Shown piece by piece: positions 27,601 through 42,600 of a stretch of DNA of 64,000 bases (position 1 is its first letter; every line of letters begins with the position of its first letter). Position numbers and translations under genes: made by a program. The DNA comes from Botryllus schlosseri (lineage: Eukaryota), in assembly GCA_051294905.1 (NCBI GenBank), contig CM119375.1, positions 1,240,001 through 1,304,000 of the forward strand, written 5' to 3'. The notes beneath the pieces were generated by a model. The model was not told the origin of the DNA, ran no database searches, and worked only from the letters and a program-made list of their open reading frames with translations.

Positions 27601-30600
27601 ATTGCCTAGCCGGAGCCGGATGAATTCGAATCCTTAAAATTTCGAATCCGGTAGCCATTTACGGCAGTACCAACGTAGCAAATACAGGCACACCGGGACT
27701 GATCGCGTGTCCAACGCAGTCTGACCGTCGATTACTTACCGACTGTTACAAAATCCCCTTGCCCCGACGACGAAGTATCTTGTCTGGTACTCCGCTCAGA
27801 AATATTTCGAGTAGATTCTAGGTCCGATCCGTGTTTAGTGTTACTACGACCAGGCTGTAAACGAATAGTTGAACAATATCAATAAAAGGACTGTCTCGGG
27901 TAACTTTAGTACAGAAAGTCGGCGACGCATCAGCGGGTCGCTATCTACTTGAGATGGCGCACCGTTAAGTGGAGGTCAAGACGCGTGACACGGTGCCAGC
28001 TGTTCGCGGGATCTCAAGTAACTTGCAATGCAGCACATCGAGTGCGTTGCTTATGGCTGGTGACTTTTGAAGAGATAGATTTAACGGCACAGGTCCCACA
28101 ACGTCATGTCTAGATCAGTGGTTCCCAACCTTTTTCGACTTATCGTTCCTTTATCAAGCTCGACCCAAATTTTCGCCCCCCATAGTTACGGATCCAAAAA
28201 CGGGGCATATAAACGGGAAATTTAGTAACGAAATTATGATCGCTTGTGTATTGACTAAAAATGAAAGGTCGTTTTTCCGAGTAGGTGCTCGAAAAACCAG
28301 TTTTCGCGTCCACTTTCCGTTGAGTTGACCTGTAAGTCAATTTTCGCGTCATATGCAGAATAAACCGCTTTCAAGCCGTGTTAATTAGATATATCTCATT
28401 GGATGTTCTAACATTTTTCGCCCCTTTGGAATTTTCACCCACTCCTTTGTTTCTCAAAATCGCCCACTTGGGGGGGGGGGGGGGCGATATCGCCCACGTT
28501 GGGAACCACTGATCTAGATAATTCTGGTTTCTAAGTAGACTATAATTAGACTTTAGAGCGGAAAGCCAGCAATGTAATTTTAATCTAATTTGTGAAATAT
28601 TTGCGAATCAAGTACCGGTTATTCTAATTCTAGTTTAATTTTGAAAAACTGCGTCGCCGTTATTCTAATTTTAATCTAATTGGAACGCTCAAATTTTCTA
28701 GTTGTCTTAGTCTGTTCTTAAGCCACCGGCACCGCTGTTCACTGTTCAGTCGACAATTCGCCTCAACACAAAAATAAAACAGCCACAATGCATACGTTAT
28801 GCGTGATATTACTCTTTAGAATTGGCGGTCCTACATGGTTATTTCACATGAAGTTTGTTCTGCTCGGGATTAGCAGTGACTTAGAACTCAGTGATCTGCG
28901 ATTCGTACATCAGACCTTCCCACGCCACGATCGCGGAGGCGGTTAGGCAACACGTCCTCATAACGGTTGGCGGATCGAATGGGTAGACACGACAAATACT
29001 GTTTACAAAACATGTAATACGATATCAGGTTGGTGTCAGCCTTTCGCAACTGTCGGTCGTCTTCACCCGTATGTGCCTATAACTAGAATTGGCATGGTCG
29101 ACTTGCGCTGCTCAATATAACAACCGACTAGTAGACCATTGGCCAACTAAATGATTTTAATTAGAATAATTCAAGCGAGATGCCTGTCCTCTGATTCTAA
29201 TGCGTGAAATTTCTCTACGGTCTCATTTTAATTAGAATCTCAATTATATTACGAGAACACTACATGAGAACTGTACACTGTACAGCGCAAAACGAGTCAA
29301 GCTCGGTGTAGAGACATTTCCCATCCCCATGCTTGTGAGATATGAACTATGATTTGATACGAAGATTTTTGCTGTATTTATTCCCAATTCCGAATTCAAT
29401 TCACCGAGTTTTTGCGAAAGCAGCAATTCTAAAGTTATTTTGTCTAGTCGTTCAAATCTGCCAACTAGTGTTGTTCGGTTATCATCATTCATCCCCAAGC
29501 ATAGAAATGAAGTAGCCTCGAAAATAAGGATGCTAGTCCTAAATTCACCACTGCTATATTCCAGCCACAGTCCACAGCAACTATCTAACCTCTGAACCAT
29601 CAATGGTGCATCCTAATCCGCGTTCCACACGTTTCGAGTGAGATTGCGTTCTAATACAGAACAGAAGGTAAGCTCTTGCACGTATGAATTAGCAACTGGC
29701 AATAACCAATTGGTTGCCCGAAATAAAATCGCTTTTTCTCAAATATATGACGCTTTTGCGACGGAGTTAGGTACTAATTCAATTTTAATCTCAGCGGCTA
29801 CTACGGTTAACCCTTTCGTGATTCGCATTCATTTCGTATGCAAGATGGCATGCGTCATGAAATTAACGTCATTCGTTGAGTACCTTTCGCGCACTAATCA
29901 CGGTATAGTTCAGGGTTGCCAGATTGGCCCTTTTTAGAGGCAGTCGGCTCCGCCAAAATCAATTTAGCCCCTTGGCCCTCTTTATTCAATATTTGGCCCC
30001 TTTTGGAAGCAGTTCAGACATACCATCAAACTAGCTATTCAAATAAATGTATCTCGCAAATTGAGCGGCCAATGTCAAAGATTCAATGGAAACGCTGTAG
30101 ATTTGAATTTGTTTTTGTAGAATGTAGTGTGTTGGAATTGTGAATGCAGATTTGTGAACAGGTGGACGAAAAAGCATCGAACATGGCTGGAAGCTTAGTA
30201 GCAGAAAAAGTATGAAGAAGAGTACCTTTATAGTACTTAATGATTGATAGAAATTTCAACTTCAACTTTCAACTTCAACTTCAAAACTTCAACAAAACCG
30301 GAGAGTTTTTGGTGAAAAACCTAAAACTTGAGTATATAAGTTGGATAAGTTTCAAACGTAAAGAAACTATTCTCAATTTTTAATAAAATCCATAAAATTT
30401 AATCACTCTCATATTATTGCACAAAAAGTTTTATTTTACGATTTTATATTCAGTTGGAAAAAGCTTGAAATAATAGCAGTTACTGTAGCTGGATCCACTG
30501 TAGTTGTGGGTAGTTGATTTGGTGTCCTACAACAGTATCAACAATATAAAACTGGAATTCGAGGTGATTGACAAAAGGTCTGTGGGTTATGTTGCAGCGT

Positions 30601-33600
30601 TATTAACGTTATTGAACAATTTCGCCCTTTTTGGCCCCTTTTCTGGCGCTGTTTGGCCCTTTTTCTCAAAAGATGTCTGGCAACCCTGGTATAGTTGTAT
30701 ATACGCTAACTAGTGCGAAAATCAGTATCCAATTCTAATCTAATGTCTGGTTTACCTGAGAATTGTATAGTGCGAAACGAGCCAATCATGTGCATACATT
30801 TGCTGTTCTAGTGCTCATTAGAAAGAACTCTTGTTCGATACGAACTCAACTTGATTTTTGTTGTATTATTTCGAATTAAGAATACAATTCAATCACCAAG
30901 TGTTTGTGAGTTCAACAATTCCAATTCTAATTCAATTTGAAAGCGCGGATACTTTTCTAGCCATCCAACGCTGACTTGCTCGCTGGCTCGTGTTCGAGTA
31001 ACTACATTTCAATTAGTTGGCACAATATTGCTGACAAGTTCAGTAGCCTAAAGCTAAACACGAGCGACATACGTCTCGCTATATAAGTGTATCACGTCAA
31101 TGGTGTTGAGAGCACCATCAAAATAGCAAACACGGTAGATTTAATCCTGAATTAACTAACAGACCAAATCCCGTTTACAGACTCCAATTTTCAGCCTTTC
31201 CTTTACCTAATGGAACGCAATGACGAAGCGTGGCGAAACCAGACTAGACTTATCTCCGTACGCGACAGGTAGCCTATTCTCTATTTACGTTGGGAAGCCT
31301 TATTTAGGCTCACCCAAGCGTGTTCGACCAGCGCTCGCTTATCTGTCATTCCAGCTTATAAAGAAAATCTATTTCATGAATGCTTTCAGAGATAGTTGTA
31401 AAGCAAGGTCCGTTTTCAATGAAGCCTCTTACAATAGACACGGAAATTATTGTCTCTGGAAAAGCGCGCACATTGCTTATATGACGTTGGTGATTTAACG
31501 ACTTCGCAATTCCAGACACAAAAGTAAGTCACCTTCGCACTTCGGCGGTTATAGTTCAAGCTTTAATGCACTGACGCTAAACCAATCACACTTGGGGAAC
31601 TCGATATTGCTAGGCTAGACTAATTGAAGTGAACTGCTGGCAATGTAATTCTAATCTAATTCGTGAAAGGTTCTGATGCTCTAATTTCAATTTTGAACTA
31701 ACTTCTGGCCTCCCTGAAAATGTTACAAGAGAACTGCGTAGTACGAAGCGAGTCGCGCTTGTGGTACCAAGTGTACAGTACACTGTACAGATGCATTCGC
31801 CAATCTCATGCTCATCAACATGATGTCAAATTCGACATGAATTGACCTAGGTTTTTGTAGTGTTTCGTTCTATTTCGGAATTGAATCCACATCCATAAGG
31901 CGTTGCGGATGAAGTAATTCGAATTCTAGTCTAATCTGAAAAAATGTAGCTATAATTCTAATTCAAATCTACTAAAAAAAACTCTGAAACAAATCCTGCG
32001 TTCAGGAACTGTTATTCACTGCGGCAGTCCGTTTTAATTGAGCGAAATTTCAACTTGAACCTAGCTGCATATACAATTATACACCCTGCCGCTGACATCT
32101 CTGTAGGTACGTTCCGGCACTGAATACAATGGGGTATAAATAACAGCTGACGTCGCACTAACACAAAACCAGTACTCCCATATCATTTCACACAGTCCCG
32201 ACATGTTTACCTTCCAATCGTAAAAAGACGCGAATATGAATGACCTCCGCAGCTAGTCGCGATTTGCCGCTCACGTCTCCGTCTCTCGCTTGTAGACAAC
32301 ATTTCGATGCCCCAGGGCGATTTCATTAAGTGTCATTTAACCTCGGCGATAAAAACAGCACAAAGAGCGCGGCGGTAATTAAATAATCATGCCGCAGGGG
32401 CTAGCCTATGAGTTGCAGACGATAGTCATTACAAAATATGCTTTCTGATGACTTATGCTGTTCCAAATCCCCTAATTAATCATAAAGGGCGGTACGTGAA
32501 CAGTGAACACACAACCCACATACTCCCCTGATATATATCTCCGTGAGAATTGATGAATTTGACGCTTTTGGGCGTAAAAGCACAATATTATACCTGAAAG
32601 CGTCGTTCACCTGTTATATAGCATACGCTATGATAAAAATCTCACATACACCGGGGCCCACTAAGCATATCGTAGGCCCCGAATACACCTATTTTCCACC
32701 CATGAATCTACAGTGCGTAGCATGGTTATTCAAATTCAAACAGCAGAACGCGAGTACGAGTGACTCTCAAAATTCTTATTCCGAGCCGGTGCGATTTGAA
32801 AACAAATTTTGCGGACCGGTGAACCTTAAAAAATCAAAATTGACCAAAATGTAATCACTACAAAACCACGCGAGTCAAAAGTCAATATTGGAACCTTCAA
32901 TATGACGAAAGATTTCCCGCTGCTTGCACTGTACGTCGAGCTCTGCTGTGCACTACATTCCAACCGATACATCGACGAATCACCAAAACGTAAGTTACCT
33001 ACAATTATATCATCTAGTGCTAGACTTATGTGAAATGTTTCTTTGCTCTCAGTATAATTTTGATCTACTTTCTGGTCTGCCTGACACTGCTACAAGATAA
33101 CTATGTAGTGCGAAATGATCCAAGCCCCGTCGTGAAAGATCAACTCTCGGTAAAAAAATTGGACGGTCTCGCTAGCACGCGGTTCCGAAAACTAAACCAA
33201 CACCGCGAAACGCACACCTCCAAAACTGAACTCAAAATCAACCTGTAACAAGGCGCTCGTATATCGTCGAATCGCAATTTTCTACTTTTCCGTAACCGCT
33301 GCTTACTAACGCGACTGAGTCATACGCTATTTCACAAAGTCACAATCCTGATTCACTCAACTCGGGTTGCATGCCGTCTCGAGTATTTTCTCGAAAATCA
33401 TCGGACCTTTTGTTTACGAAAGTTAATGACGTCACGAAACCAAATGAAGCGAACAGACTACGGTTAGCGTATAGAAAAAACCGTTTTACGGAAATACTGC
33501 CCGGGGTGTCATGTCATACCGGGACTAATCAGATCAACACAAACACATATCTCACGTCATCACAGCGTTATGCATGTAGTTCTTTCATTACGGCACGCAC

Positions 33601-36600
33601 ATGTTGCGAGGAACTGGTTAATTAGTTTCCAGCACGCCAAGATTTGCAATTTCGTCCATTAATTAGAATCGTACTGTTTTAGAATTTGAACCTCTATTCA
33701 CGTGAATGATAAGGCGTTTTGACCCCGAGGTCTGTCCTTCAAGACAATCTTGGAGATACAGAACTTCAGTATACAATTGTATATTTTCATATAGAAATAA
33801 ACCGGAATATATTGGTACGTAACTTGTAAAGAATTTAATAGAATACTGTGTATAGGTAATCAACGAATCATATACGAGCCGGGTTACTTCAATATGAAGA
33901 TCTACCTTTTCTGTTTGGTGTTCCTTATACTTACTCAACTACAGCCACTTTCACACTGATCTATACGCTGGAGCTAATCTGGAGAGCTATTGAACCCTTA
34001 GATGTCAAAAGACCTGCTGCTTAACCGGATATAACGTCTATAGCAGAAGTCATCTGCCCTGAATTATCCTATCGACGGTCCCACTATGAAGCAGACTTTG
34101 AGAACTAGATAGTTCTACATAGATAATTCTATACAGCGACATTATACCTATCTCATTTGTGCAATGTTTTTATGCCCTCATTTTAAATATAATCTAATTC
34201 ATGCATTTTCGCTAGTTCAGAATTTAATTCAATTTCCAGGTTATTTCGTATTCATTCGTTTTAATTGTAATCTAATTTGAAATAAAAACCTGCAGCTACA
34301 ATTCTATTTCTAAAATAATTTGTGAAAAGCAGAAAATCACTCAGACGTCTAGCTCTTCTATATGAAGCCGTAGTTGCAGTGCTAGTTTTGAAACTATAAA
34401 TCATCGAAGCAACAAACTTCACAAACACGAAACTACCTAACCGTGACTTCAACTTCATGTCGACAACTGCATTTCACACCGCGTTGACAAAAGACGAGAA
34501 ATTCGCGCCCTAGAACCTCGCTCCGTCGACAACGTTACTGGCACGACTGCGCAACAAACACGGCCTCGTAATCCTCAAGGAAATGAGGCGGGAACTCGAG
34601 CCGTCTTCCAACCGACTACAGTAGACTGGGATCACTAGCTAATTCTAGTTGACTAATTAGAGCGAAATGTCTCTAAATCTTAGTTGTCAAATGTTTCTAT
34701 CCTCCCATATTCATTTTATCCTAATTTCCGGCTTCCTGAGACTGCTGCAGGAGAATTGTATAGTGCGGAATGAGTCAAGCTTGGTGTAAGGACATTAGTT
34801 ACTCTCAAGTTTACGAGAATCAACTTGATTTTTGTTCGATTTCTTTTTAATGCCAGAATTGTAATCAATATCCAAGTATTTTACGAATTTAGTAATTGTA
34901 ATTCTAAACTTATTTGAAAGCAGACGTTGTATAATTCTAATTTAATTCGAAAAATCTGGACTAGAGTCCCGTGAAGCACTAGGACGTTTCATCACACACC
35001 CCATATAAATGGAATGCAACACCACGTATTTAGATGGCTCACTGCCTCCAAGTGACAGTCGGATTTTGCGATAGCAGATCGATCACCCAACAAAAACCAA
35101 ACGCAGCCAAGAATTACCTTCAAACTAGAACAAGGTGGTCTGCGAGCATTGGCGGGCTTCTAAAATGCTGTTTTCTCAGTTATAAGACATTGAAAAGCAA
35201 CACACGTCACTCGATTCCGCGAGATAACACATTTTCGTCGACTGTCAACATTTCTGTGATTTGTATCCACGTAAAATTCTTCATCGGTTCGGTCTTTCTT
35301 TTATGTCATCGTTGGCAGCACGAGTCTGTGCTTGAGGCGAAGGGATCGCAATACCGCGGCGATAAATCAACGTCAAAGGTCGAGCTTTTAAGAACTTTTA
35401 GTTTCAATCATTCAAGACTTGGAAAATGTGATCTATACTGTAGCCAGACTGGATAAATAGAAAATTTTCAGCTTTTCCAAAGTAGATTAGAATAAGAATT
35501 ATATATAGTTTTTTTCCTAATTAGATTAGAATTTTAATTACTGAATTCGCAGACCAGAATTAAAATATGAGCAAAGCTTCACGAATACAAGAGTTGAGTT
35601 CGTCATATTGATCATCGCTCCCTCCGAATCGCCAAAACATCCATACGCATAGAAATTGGACAAAAGACAGGAATGTATATCCCTTGATGTACTGTTGCTA
35701 CTATAGCATGATTGGATTCGCAGCATTCGTTGAACCGAAGCGCTGAGAGATCGGTGCCTGCGATAACGTCACAGTTCCTTACATGGGTTTCATGGTTTGA
35801 ATCCAAATCAAACAAGGAATTTATGTCAATGTCATAGATCTTCACCCGAAGCGGCTTCGGGCACAACGAAACAGCTTGCACAAACCATCAATCTAGTTCG
35901 CTGAGGGTTGACTTAGCTACTGGTTTTAGAGTAATTCTAATTCTAGTTCTAGTTGCGGAAAAATAAGCAGCTTTAGTTGCGTATAAAAAATTAGTTGCCG
36001 AACAACTAAAACGATTGGCGTGAATCGTGATACCGGTGTTCTGTTGTGTGATGTTCTTACAGTCATTGCTAGCTCAGAGCTGTCACAACTAAGAGGGGCG
36101 TAACCAGGACATGGGATTAGCGATTGAAACCCCTCCACCCCAAACTCGAAATCCAGTACTATTGAAATGCCGATTACATCTCCAATGTTGCAGATTCGAA
36201 ATAGAATCTAGTAAGCTGAGTTTTACTTAGTTAGTTGCGGAATTTTCAAGGGCGCAGTTGCGGAATTTTCAAGGGCGCAGTTCTAGTACAAAGTTCTAGT
36301 TGTGAGTTTTGAAAAGCGAGTAGTCCTAGTTCTAGTTGCGCATTTTGAAAACCAGCAGTTTGGACAAGTCTACACAGCATTCATTGAAACGAAGCACCGA
36401 TCGATCATCCCTTACATCGATTTTATGGTTTGAACCCAAATAGAACACGGCATAAATTTCAATCACACAGATCACACAGCAGATCCTGCCGACGATCAAG
36501 TTCTATGTCAGCAAGTTTACCGAATTCAAAGCGGAACGATGGAGGATGGCGAATGAACGAGCATATCTCATATGAATGCTAAATGAGCAATACTACAGAC

Positions 36601-39600
36601 GAACACATGCAGCTGGTACTTCACTTTCATCAGAAACCTTCGAAAACAAACATTCGAATCGAGCCGTCATTTCACCCGCAATCCCGTTCATGTTGACGGA
36701 GAGCTCTAAGCCGCTTTCCACTGGAAATACGTTCTCCGGCCTATGGACTGCGAGCAAACAAACCCACAGAACAACGCTAAATAATCAGAATCACAAAAAG
36801 GCTCGCGTGCCGACGTCCAAGTGCAAGTCATCGTTCTACTAAATACGAAAATCATAACGATCATTTTTCTCAGTTGTTTGGTTGAATGCTGAAAACCCTA
36901 CACTGTAAATCAATGGGTTGAAAACAAGTGTCTTCATCAGATTCATACCCAGATATTGCACTCATTTTCATCCATTGAAATGATATGAATGTTAAATTTG
37001 TACTTAGAATTGATTGTACCTGATTTACAGCCTACGGTAGAGTGAAAATAGCCGAAACACACGATTTTCGTTTACATGTAGTCTGGATTCTGGTTATAAT
37101 CAACTTATAGTTAACTTTATGGCTGGTAATGGCCTTAAACGAAGAAATCATGAAATACGGCCGAACCGTTTAGAAAGTGAATGGTTTCTAAACACCATCA
37201 CACTAATAGCGAGATAACCGCTTCGGATGTCATCACCATTCTAGGGTTACGACACCGGCACGCACACTAATCGAGTGAAATTTATTTCTCCCTTCACCAC
37301 GAATACCTCAAACGTTCGTAATTTGCGGTAAATTCCGACGCAGCCTGGTCACGGTCTTATCTAAGGATTATTATTTACGAAACGATGAACAGCGTTGGTG
37401 ACACAACACGGTGAACGTCAAAAAACAAATTTCCATGCACCGCTATTAGTTTCAAGTCTCAAACACAGAACAATCCAGAAAACCTGAGTGTACTGTACAG
37501 TTTTTTATACAATGTTCCTTCAAATTCTCAACTAGTTGCTGACAATTACCCCTGACCAGTGTCAGCCTAAAACATCCGGGTTCCTTTCGATATGTATATA
37601 TTACTCAATTGTATCCTGTAAGTCACTGTACGCAAAGATCCGCTTCAAGGCCATACCGGGAAAGCTATGAATTTCTCATAAAGCCGACGACATCTAAGCA
37701 AAGACAAACATCAAGAGACCGATATTTACCATCTCGTCGTCACACCCTGTCTTGTTTGCACACTTAGTCTTGAACACAGAATGATGTAACGCAATAGCGC
37801 CACAATTACGGCAACAAAATGAAACGGAGCCGTAATATGTATGGAGAAGTATATCTGACAGACTTGGAGAACTACATAGGAATCATGATAACGAAATGCA
37901 GGTAATATAATTCTAATCTAACTTGCGAAATTTTTCTAAGCCCTCATTTTAGTTATAATCTTAATTTGTGGTTTTTCTAAGAATGCTGCAAGAAAATTGT
38001 ATCGTGCGAAACGAACCAAGCTTGCTGTACAGACATTCGCCATTCTCGTGCTTATGAGAATCAACCCTGGTTTGATATGAACTGAACTTCATTTAGTTTT
38101 ATGTCTTGCCCATTCTAAATCCGGTCCAATATCCTAGTCTTTGCGGATTCCGTAATTCTAATTCTAATGTAAATTTGAAAAACATTACGTAGCTATAATT
38201 CTAGTTATGATCTCATTTGGAAAAGCTGGAAATTTTCTATTTGCCCGACTCTGCGCTGTAGCCTGCACGGCAAGGTATATCTGGCAGTCGTATCAACTCG
38301 CACGAAAGACGTGGAATCGCGTACGACCCCGAGATAATCCCAGTCTGTGCAAGATAACGGTGATGGTACTTGTAGACTGTGGTACCAGACAGCTGCTGCA
38401 AGATTATACCCGAATTTCATCATGAATACCAAGTCTGAGATATATTTTTAGATCTGGTCCCCTTTATGATTTAACATGATATATCGGATGCGGTGTCTAG
38501 ATATCTCATGTATTAGAGTGCCAAATGAAGGCCAATGAAGCTAGCCTGGTGATCCATACGTACTCCCTGTCGATGAGTCTGTAGACTATTCTTAACGCCA
38601 TTAGCAGTTGGCGTATTGAACTTTAGTCAAGAGATGAGCATGGCTTTGAATTAAGAGTAACCGGATTTGATGATTTTTGGCCAGTTGCATCGAATATGGA
38701 TTTAAGATTTATTCGAAGTAATATCTCGAAACTTTGAACTTTGATTAAAAAATCACATGGAAATACAGTCATTACCAGTTTTTGGACTTGGATATGGACG
38801 CGACACAAAATCAACTCTTGGATTTAGATTGCAAAATACTAGGTCTTCTCTGCTGTGCTGTACTGATGTAACTCGTGCTCATTTCGGTCGCTTGCATCAC
38901 TCGATTTATCAGCACGGCCTCCAGACATTCCCATGTCAAGCAATCTACGTCAGGTTCGTGGCTAATGGCTCTTCGGTTTCCTTCGAGCAAAATTGATCGC
39001 AATCAACGTGTAAAGTTACACCGTGCAAGTCACAAATGTTGCCGGGATGCGAGCAAACTCGTTCGAGAATGTCCTCAACTAGACTTGCGTACAACGTGCC
39101 AATGTAGTTCGTTGACGGTCAACTACCTACTGCTTTAAAAAAAATAAATCCGAGTATATATCTCGCGCCCGCGCAAATGAACTTATCGTCGATTCAACCA
39201 GTGATTTCCACAACACTGACACGCTAAAAGTAACCATAGCTACATACGAAAATTCTACCATAGTTACCATACACGCCTCCCCAGTCGGCCACACCAGCTG
39301 TACGCTCCTTCTTGGCACATTATTTAAACCCAATCAACCCTATCTTTTGTCCTGTAACGTTAGCAGTTCATATACGGTTTGCTGACCTATTTTCCCAAAG
39401 AAGCACTTATTGTTGTCTTCTATCAACTGACTCAAACTCTCAAGAAAGATTGCCGTGAGATATAACACGAGGACGCAATTCGAGCACTCATCGAACGCCT
39501 TATACACCGCGAGGCATGAATGAAGTCGAAATGTAGCCGAATTAAGGCAATGCATACATCAGCTAACAATTATATACCGCAACCTAACGACTTCTCAACT

Positions 39601-42600
39601 GGGTAAATGGGAAAAGGCTAACACTACTAACAGGCTTGCTGGAAGCAGCTTGTTTCACAAACCATATAGTCGAATCACAATTTCGCAAACTTTCTATATG
39701 TAACAGGATTAGCTTGACAAATATATATTTGAAGAGCCGCTCGTATAGGTACTGAACGTAAGTATACAATCGAATAATATACTCTATTGAAATAAACCCG
39801 TCTATCTTCGGATAACACTCGTAAGGGGTAATCGTATTCAGCTAGTGGTGAATTCAAAAAAACATTATATAAGACTGTGAATATAGAATGCTCTTTTCAA
39901 CACTATACTAGTAGCTGATGATTACCCCAGACGAGTGCCAGCCAAAAATATTCGTGTTTATTTCAATATGAATATATTATTCAAATATATACTTCATCTC
40001 TAGCAAAAACTCACGTCATCTCACCTCTACACAGAAACACACTAAAAATCTCACGAGAAATTAACACCGTCTACAAAACGAAATCACATGACAAGCACTT
40101 CACCGTTTACCTACTAAACGAACTCTGTACCTGAAGGCCTTACCTGAAGAAACATTTACTTTTCTTATTCAAAGATCAGCCAAGCAAGACGTTTGTCGAC
40201 TAAAATAACAGGATTTCTCTCCTTTTATGAACAACCGACGCGCGTTGCTCAAGCCTTCAGAATTTTTCGTCCCGTATACCGAGAAATTATCCGACCAGAA
40301 ACGACCGGTATTCGCTCGCTTCCAAGTTGACCGAGGTTCGTCGAAAAAATCTGATTATCGAGGTTGTCACGGCGACGATGTAAATAACAACATCACATCG
40401 AAAAATATGTAAGGATTAATTTCAAGACGACCTAACCCGACTTGCCGCGACGGGGAACCGAAAATGTTTTTGCGCAAACCAAATCCTGTAAGCTTGTTGA
40501 TAGAAAAGAATCGTGAAATAAACTCAAGACATCAGTCATCAGTCATGACCTCTATAGTAGGGTTATCATTATGTCCTCCCATTTCAAGAAATCTAAAATG
40601 TCCTCCGAGGACGCCTAAATATCCTGCTTTTTGAAAAATTGTCCTCCTTTATAGCTTTGCCAGCCAGGTCACTGGAGTGGACAGGCACAGCTAAACAACA
40701 CCATAAATGACGCGAGATCAGTAATGTGGATGTTCGAGCGGGTCTTTCGGGGATAGGAATGGAAACATGACCTTTTATTATTTTATTCAGTCAACACCAC
40801 AGAAGTATTAATAATTATCATAAAGTGGGTCATTCGGGACTCGATTTGGAAAAATGACTTTTTCTTCCTTTTTTCAAGTCAACACATCAGTTTAGTGAGC
40901 ATCAGTTTACTTATCTCGTTTGAAGTCCTGTCCTTAGTTTTTCATCCGCGTGACACAGCAATTAAACCTTCCATAGAAAATTTAGGCGCAACCATCCGTG
41001 GGCAATGTTACAGCTGCTTACTCGCCGCAGACGAATTGCCAATCGGTATCTATCAAGACGTTAAAGAGCTTCATCTGTCGCAAAAACTTCTGTGCAAATC
41101 ACTTCGAAAGATCCACGTATAAATTGATTCCGATAAATTGGTATCCTACGCTAAAGAGTTGTCGATAAAAGCCAATAACGCTACTCCCATTCCAAACTCC
41201 CACCTTTTCAAACAGACCGTCCGGTACTAAGTCACAAACGCATCACGACATTGCCTCATCGACGTGCCGGTTTAATAATTGACCCGCGATATCAGTGGAG
41301 CACACCTGACACAAATGGTATTTGAGCTAACGTTTTATCATGGAGTGCGAAGGTCGCGTCTGCGCGCAGTTTGTTTGAAGGTGTCGTGTCAATAATCATC
41401 GGAAATCCGCAATAAAAGCCTCGGCTAGAGTGCAACGCCAAGTGAATTCGTGGTCCTCGCTACTCATGACTAGGCACGAGAATGGCAAACGTCTGTACAC
41501 CGAGCTTGGATCGTTTCGCACTTTAGGGTTCTCCCGTTGCAATTTCAGGAAAAGTCGGAAATGATAAGATTAAAATCAGAGCTAAATTAGATTAGAATTC
41601 AACTTCCGGCATTTCGCTCCAATTAGCCAATAGTAGTCCAAGTCTTATCAAGTAGATTATGTGGAATACAAGACGATATGTAAGCTACCGGGTCGTTACC
41701 AGTGTATTAACAATCCCTAGTCAACTGTGCCCCGCGTCTTACTTTATTGCCTAATCATTTCTTTCTTCTGACAAATCCAAGTCCAAACTACATATCTCCG
41801 TCTATATTGTCGGTTTATCGCCATCGCCATTCGTAGGATGCGTGATCCAGTAATATCGCAAAGTCGTTTCGTTTTGATTCCTTATCAGTGTTCAGCAATC
41901 GCTACCGAAGTGTTTTGAAACGACACAATTATGAATAGACGACATAATCAGTAGCCTGAGATGACCTTAACGATTCACGATCCGAAGCGCTAAACAAAAT
42001 TTGCGATTCTTTGACGCGATAAGAGCTGGCGATACGGAATTAAGGATGGCAGTGAGCTCACAAATTGAGATAAGTTATCCGAATCGATGACATCGTCACT
42101 GTAACTCGATAATCGCGATGTCATGACCCAGGAAGGAAATCAAATCGACACGGCTATTGTCGTACGCGACATATATATTCACGAAATGAAATCTGGAGAG
42201 GCAAATATCTGAAAAATATCACTGTTTCGTCGAGCCGCTTATACGAATTAACATCAACGAGCATGATTAGATTAATAGACCGTATTTGCTTTCTTCCACG
42301 TCAGGGTTGTTGAAAAATAACTGTTTCCTTCAAATTATACTGGCTATTCGATAACCTTGTCAGGTTGGCTAAAAAAAAACGCTGCACACAAAAAACTCAG
42401 TTCCAGCCTGTAGCAGAGAAGTTCCTGGAGTTAAATATTTCTAAATTTATTATAAAAATCGGTGAAAAATCTAGTGCCCTCTGCTGGTTGGAATTGAGCC
42501 AAATTGTGGTTTCAGATAACTTGACAATTTCATGGGGATAAAAGTGAAATCTGAATTAACATGTTTCATTTTTGGATATTGAATGTATTATTTTCCACCC

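Noticed and set aside
28471-28484. 14-nt G run as a G-quadruplex element
   Set aside because: A single homopolymer inside a hAT MITE; length is unreliable and there is no flanking support.
28918-28998. Possible extra NHS-like exon (YLSCLPIRSANRYEDVLPNRLRDRG)
   Set aside because: The acceptor is plausible, but there is no convincing phase-0 donor and no family motif.
33030-33248. 72-aa plus-strand ORF with a signal-peptide-like start (MKCFFALSIILIYFLVCLTLL)
   Set aside because: GTG start; hydrophobic runs are expected from T-rich intronic DNA; no other support.
35034-35456. Longest unexplained ORFs (35034-35456, 47596-48030, 53872-54306)
   Set aside because: No domain similarity or splice context, and partly overlapping repeats. 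Lengths are plausible by chance across six frames.
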